DNA of 64,000 nucleotides from assembly GCA_020536535.1 (NCBI GenBank), contig JAHLWZ010000837.1, positions 1 to 64,000 of the forward strand. The letters are read 5' to 3'. Position 1 is the first letter of the stretch; each line of letters begins with the position of its first letter. Below the pieces are notes generated by a model. It saw only the letters and a list, made by a program, of their open reading frames with translations, had not been told where the DNA came from and made no database searches. The translations under genes and the position numbers were made by a program. This document shows positions 57,879-64,000 of this stretch, in pieces. The DNA is from Pelomyxa schiedti (Eukaryota; Protista; Evosea).

Positions 57879-59936
57879 ATGGTCGAGATCAGCTCACTGG
57901 AAATTTTTCCCGAATGGAAGTTCACACTCCAAAAATGAAACGATAGCCCAACAACAAACACACGATTCAAAGTTGGCCAACACCGAAGCAACCAAGTGGA
58001 GCCAACCCCTGTTCCCGCCCCCGCCGCCGCCCCCTCCCCCATCCGCGGCCCTCCCTCCCCCGCAGTCCTCGCCCGGGTCCGCCGCCTCCCCCTCCTCCTG
58101 CTCCTCGGCCTCCTCCACCGCCGCCGCCTCAGCCTCCTGCTCGCCGGCACCCCCGTCCTCCACAGCCACCCCCGCGTCGCACCCACACCGCCCCCAAGGG
58201 CTACCTCCCCCAGGGCTCCAACAGGCGCCAGCACAAGCACTCGCAGCCAGACCAGCAGCAACAGCAGTCGGCGGCCCAGCAGGACGCGCCCCCGGGGGCC
58301 CAGCCGGAGCAGCAGCCGCACCAGCAGCAACCGCAAGTGGACACCATCGTGGACCTAGTGCGGCAGCTCGATGAGCAGATCAAGGCTCAGCTGCGGGCGC
58401 TAGAGCGGGAGCGGGCGGCCATCGAGGCCCAGCGGGCCGAGGCCATGTCGCAGACCCAGGCGGCCCGCGAGGCCCTCGAGCGCGAGAAGACCGACTGGGC
58501 CGCGATGGCAAAAAAGCTGGACTTGGCCACTAGGGGCTCCTCTCCAAACAACAGGCTGTATCATACCTCTACGTGCTCGTGTGCCTGTGCTGCTGGGAAT
58601 TCAGTAAATTCTGCAAGTTCTGGTTCTGGTTCTGCTTCTGCTTCTGCTTCTATGTATGGGACTAGTGAGGATTCCATACCTATTCCAATACCTATACCGG
58701 AACCTAGCAGTAGTTCTGTTGTGACTGGGACGAGTCCGTTGAGCGGTATTCTCTCGGCTTCTTCTTCGACGACCTCTTCAGTTCTTGCACCGCCGTCGAT
58801 GGTAAATGTTCCACCTCCTCAGTCTCCACCACCTCCCCCGCTGCCGCCATTATCACCGCTATTGCAACCAACAAGCACCAACTCTGCTGTAGCCACAAAC
58901 AGTTCCAGCAGTTCTGGGTGTAATTGCACATCACCCTCATTGGTAGTCAGGCTAGATGTTGGTGGTCAGTCATTTGCCACTACAATGTGCACACTTACTT
59001 CTGTGGAGGGTTCGTTTTTCCATGCTATGTTTGCTTCTGGACGGTTCACTCCTGTTCCACAGAAAGATGGTATGTTCTTTTTTCGGTACTAATGTGATTC
59101 ACATACTTTTCTTGCAGGAAGCTACTTCATTGACCGCGACTCCACCGTATTTAGGCATGTACTGAATTACCTTCGCGGGCAACAGCTTAACCTTCACCGC
59201 CTTGCACTCGGGGACCTTGAGCAACTTGCCGATGATGCAGCTTTCTTCGGACTTCCCAAACTTGAGGAGGTACCTTTAGTGCCTTCGGTTTACCCATATC
59301 TCATATCAACAAAAGGAGGTCAGGCTAGCACTCGAGCAGCACGAAGCCACAGGCGAACCCAAGCAGAGCCCATGCGGGCCGTTCCGCCCAGGCCCGAATT
59401 ACACCCCGAGCGATTCCAACTTCACGGTGAGGAAAATCAGCGGGTCCCGGGCTTGGGACGTGACAGCCCTCGGCGCCCTGCAGCTGTTCACCGAGAGCCC
59501 AAGCCCGAGCCCGAGCGCCAGCAGCAGCTCCTCGGCCGCAACGCCCGCGAGCACCGCGAACAGCTCCAAGACCGAGGCCCGCTGGGGCGTGCAAATACGG
59601 CAGGGGGTTCACATCATGGTGGGGATTGCTCCCGGGACCATAGACCAGAGCGCGCCGTGCAACTACACCAAGGCCGGGTGGTTCTTCTACACCCACTCTT
59701 CTACGCTGCACTCTGCACACGGGCAGTCACACACTTGCTACTCGGATACTGGGCAGCTGGCCACCAACAGCGTGGTGGGTGTTGTGGCAAACAGGGACCT
59801 GGGGACTATATCTTTCATTGTGAATGGAAAGCAGTTTGGAACCGCGTATTCTGGGGTGCCATTCACTACACAACAGCTCTACCCCTGTGTGCTCCTCTAT
59901 GCCGCCGGCGATTGTGTATCAATGATTGCATTGTAG
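57879..59936 (+). CDS. Coiled-coil + BTB/POZ (KCTD-type) + SPRY-like protein
   Basis: VVRLDVGGQSFATTMCTLT...SFFHAMF...YFIDRDSTVFRHVLNYLR and SPRY-like IMVGIA...VVGVVANRDLGTISFIVNGKQFGTAY...LYPCV. The start is uncertain; an ATG-only exon at 57879 is proposed. Confidence 0.82.
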
Positions 59937-60113
59937 TCAATAAATAACCTAATTTCTTACAAGAACTAACGCAAAGCCATTCTTACCCAAACAACGAAAA
60001 AAAAAACGGAGCGAGCCTACGAGCATCGAACTGGCGCTCTCTGTGCGAACAAAAGAGAAAAGGGAAATAAATGAAGCAAATCACCTAAAAAAGACTGTAG
60101 TGTAGATCGATCC

Positions 60114-63100
60114 ATGAGCCACGGACACGCACGGCGAACATCATCACCATCCACGCCCACGCACGCGCCGCTGCTGTCGCCGCCGCCCACGCCCACCACG
60201 CCCCCGCCGTCGCCCCTCGCGCCGTCGTCCCCCTCCTGGCCCGCCGCGGACGCCGACGGCGGGGACGGCGACCCGGCGCTCCCCTCGCTCCCGTTCCAGC
60301 CGGCTTTCTCGCTGTCCGCCGCCGCCTCCTCCTCCTCCGGGCGGGCCCAGCCCCCGCACAGGCGCATCAGCGGCACCCGCACCATCTCCCTGACGTCGCT
60401 GTCGTCGGCGCAGCAGCAGCACAACAACAACAACCATAACAGCCAGCACCCCCACTCGCCAGGCGGGGGCTCGTCGCTGTCGTCGGCGCACTGCAGCAGC
60501 AGCACAAACTTTGGCAGTTTTGGCGGCGGGGGCTACGGCGGCGGCAACGGCAACGGCAGCAACATCCCATCATCGCCTTGCAGCACTAGCACCGGACGCG
60601 GTGGAAATGGCCTGAGTGCACGTGGGATTGAGGCACTGGCTAGAATTGCGGCTGCCAAGGGGGTTTATACACAGAACCCTACTTTGGACAACTTGCGCAC
60701 TTATGCTGACACCCTCGCTGCCTCGAAACACCATCCTGAATATGATGTGATTGTCCCCCTCTTTTTTTTTTTTCTTCCTTTCAGAGAACCTAGTTATGAC
60801 CTTAACTTGGTTGTATTCTTCTCTATGCAGGTACAAAGACAGGTGGTATTGGATGGAGATGCTTTGAAACAGAGCATACTGCTCCGTAATCACCTATTTA
60901 ATCCTTTTTTGGATCCTCCTGTTTCCCTCAACGAATCTATCCCGAAGGGCCGACGCCTTCCACCACCTCCACCTCACTCCTTCTATCATTTGCAAATGAA
61001 AAAATCCACCAGTGATGAATCTCAGTCTGGGTATATCACAGGCAAGGGTGAAGGGGCTGTGAGTGCCTATTCTGATGATTTGGGTACCAGAAGGGGCAAT
61101 TATGCTGCTGATGATGAAGAAGGAGATAGTGTGCCTTCCGGTGGAGAAGACAATGCTGAGAACACTCCTGAATTGAGAGATGAAAATATACCGTCTAACC
61201 ACAGGCGGTGGTATGATGAGTACCAGGAAGCTCTTGAAATGCCGTTCAACGAACCTCAGGACAGATTGATAAGGTACACTTATTTTCTATTTTACTGTAC
61301 CTAAATATTCCTAGATCTAATCGGATTCGGGATATAGCGCTAGCATTTGTGGAATGTGCCTTGGAAAAAGGAAGGACTATAATAACCGAAGCCTTTCTTC
61401 CCCCGTCCAAGCAAACAATAAAGCCTCTCACATGTAAGTTTATTGATAGAAAATGATCAGTATTTAACCACGCCAAGCAACAACAGGAGTAGCAGGGGGG
61501 GCAAAGTACCTCATAGATGGGATTTTCTTCAAAGTACTCCAAACCACCTAATATTCAAAAGAATGTGACCTTCCTTCCTAAGTTTGCAACTGATTTGCAT
61601 GGACTGTATGGGGGCGATGAATTTGCCATGAAAGCTGCTGGGCATGAGTTACTTAGTATAACAGAGATCCTGAACTGCAATATTCCAAAACTTTGTGTAC
61701 CGTGTGTAAAATTCTTTTTTGACCGTTGTTAATGGTTGGCAGACTTGTTGCTCTGATTGATTTCTGTGGATTTAGGTTAATTGCAACCTCGGAGTTACCA
61801 ATCGATCCTGGCACTCTTGAAGTATCCCTACCTCTCCCTAGATTCCTCTAACATGCACAGTATGGCAGTGCGGACGGAGGAAAAACTGTGCACTCAAGAG
61901 ATTCGGAGGTTTCTCGAACCTGTTTTCATATCAATGTGCTCCAAAATTAATATCAGAACAGATTGCTGTAAAAATGGAGCAAGTGGGTAGGATTTTGAAC
62001 CTCAAAGGTTTCACCACTGCACTACTGAAATGCTCTTCTAATAACACCGCTAGCACACAAAGTCGGACCCACAGACAACATGAAAGTTCTCCATGGTCCT
62101 TGTGATATTGAAGTGTAAGCTCCAATTCGTATGCGGTTTGTAATTACTGTCAAGGCATCGTGCACACGATGGAAGAATTTATGTTCTTGATGCAGCTCGT
62201 CTCTGTCCACCAGAACCTCCTTTAGAGTTGTTGCTATCTCCCAGTGTGCTGTTTTTAATCAAGTTTTAGGGGCTGCAAAGGGGCCCACCTCTACAGGTTG
62301 TTGAGACCAGAGCTTGTGAAATGTAGCCCCACTCCTCTGTGTTCAGGTCTTTCTATTTAGAATGGGTTTACCTATTCACGTTAACAAGACGCCTTCACTC
62401 CTTTTGGCCGGGATCAGCGAGATGAACATGATAAAGAAGTCAAGGCAGCACACGTAATTTCTGCTACTTTTTGAAAAACCATCCCACAGCCTACAGGATA
62501 AACTGCTTCGCGAAATTATTCCGAAATTTGCTATCAGAATAAATCAGAAAGTTAAGAAATATGTTGGACAATCGGTTGTACAAATCTTCGAGCAATTGCA
62601 GTTGATAGATGAAATGCACCGAGAAGGCATCAACTTAAGGTTTGCAAACTTGGCCTAAATTTGTGGGGTTTGAAAGGGGAATGCACAAGAACCTAAAAGC
62701 TTAAGCGTAAAGGCATCTGTATTTATTGAAGAAGTCAGACAACATTGTGTTAGATGTGCGACTGGCACAAATTATTAATACGGAAATAATCTTCAGAAAG
62801 ATTAAAAATAGGTTCTGCCACTCTTGTTTTTTCTGCCACTCATTTTACGTTAGATTGAGAGAGTTTATGCGCTGTCAGTTAAAAAGAACAGCAATGAATC
62901 CACCAAAGCGAAAACATGTACATGGCAATAAACCTGCACACCAACCTTACCATTAATAGTCCGATCATTATGTTGATGTAGCAGAAATTGCAAATTTACT
63001 TAATACCTTAATCTGCTGCTCAATTATACAGTCACTTACAACCGAAGGAATAAATGTGCAATTATTATTACTTAGGCTGCAGTCTACTGTAATGAAGGTG

Positions 63101-64000
63101 TATTTACTTCCCCGTTGCTCTTTTATTTATTTTCTATAGTTTTCCAAAGACGTCATTGCACATGTAACAGAGGGAGCTCTTTTATCACCGGAAGATTTTA
63201 CCATCACTCCCAGAGTGCGCCAATAATCTCAACCACTTTGTCAATTACGAAAGAGTTAATTCCCTACAGGTTAAACACACCAACACTGTACCATATGAAG
63301 AAGGGGTTGCCCTATATCAGCAAGCAAGACTTCTCCCACACCACAATGCAGATATACTTCTTCAAGCTGCAGCCGAAAAATTCCAGCAAGTACCGAATTG
63401 AGTGATATCCACCTTAAAATTCACCCATTGTGAAGGCTCTTCAAACAACACCCGACGATTATAGGATTCTTACGCACTTCGGCATTCTCCTCGTTGAGCG
63501 GGCAAAATATCAAGTAGATGACAAAAAAGAAGAACTCTTCAAGGCAGCCATTGAAAAATTCAAGTGACTTCCGCCTTTGTCATATTTGTTTCCCCTTACT
63601 CCAAAATAAGGTCGGCAACCAAAATTAAGCGCAATGACTACTATACTCTCTTCCATTGGGCTGATACACTCAAGCAGTGGGCAGCTCACTTAACTTCAGC
63701 TCCTCAACACAACACAACACAACCCGGTGAAGGCAGCCTGCAGGTTGCACCTTCATCCCCATCCACCTCACCTTCCACCACCCCAGTGCAACCAGTAGAC
63801 CAACCAAATTCAGACAGTATCCCAGGTCCAGGCACAATAAATGGACCTCCTAATAAGGAATCACCAACGGCAGCTTTACTTCTTGCCCAAGCAGAAGAAA
63901 AGCTCAAAGAAGCCAATCTCTTTGGAAAGAGATGGTTCTGGAATACTCTGGAAACTAACGGGGCCAAGTCAATATTTGACAACAAACCCCCAGGAACCTT
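60114..64000 (+). CDS. Clu (clustered-mitochondria)-domain protein with TPR-like region, runs off the window
   Basis: GVAGGQKYLIDGIFFK|FATD...YGGDEFAMKAAGHEL, ALIDFCGFRLIATSELPI, YGSADGG, HGPCDIE, DGRIYVLDAARLCPPE, LYRLLRPELV. Confidence 0.85.

Overview
Gene-dense eukaryotic genomic DNA in the standard genetic code, with many short (~40-70 nt) GT-AG introns and intergenic gaps often under 200 bp. A PBZ-tailed Ku70 and DUSE-type snRNA promoters point to an amoebozoan; the gene style recalls Pelomyxa/Archamoebae, but that is inference and was not verified. About 22 spliced protein genes can be reconstructed by eye. From left to right: a GH5-like hydrolase, a large low-complexity protein, a SUMF2-like protein, MetAP1, an AmiC/UrtA-type binding protein, site-2 protease, Ku70, a BEACH-WD40 protein, a Hint/Vint protein, a RING protein, a DUSP-UBL protein, a tandem ADF-H protein, an N-CoR-like SANT protein, two unknowns, S1P lyase, an alpha/beta hydrolase, a GH30 glucosylceramidase, an IQCC-like protein, a Rab, a BTB-SPRY protein and a partial Clu-domain protein. 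A small snRNA locus holds U2 and U5 with shared upstream elements and a duplicated U2 3' end. Best leads: (1) a Vint-type Hint module fused to a non-vWA N-terminus; (2) an intron-containing, signal-less bacterial AmiC-like protein; (3) a short helical motif shared by up to three unrelated proteins; (4) very degenerate intron signals, with donors reduced to little more than GT and A-rich acceptors, beside canonical U2 and U5; (5) a bipartite snRNA promoter. CDS coordinates are gene spans including introns and were assembled manually.
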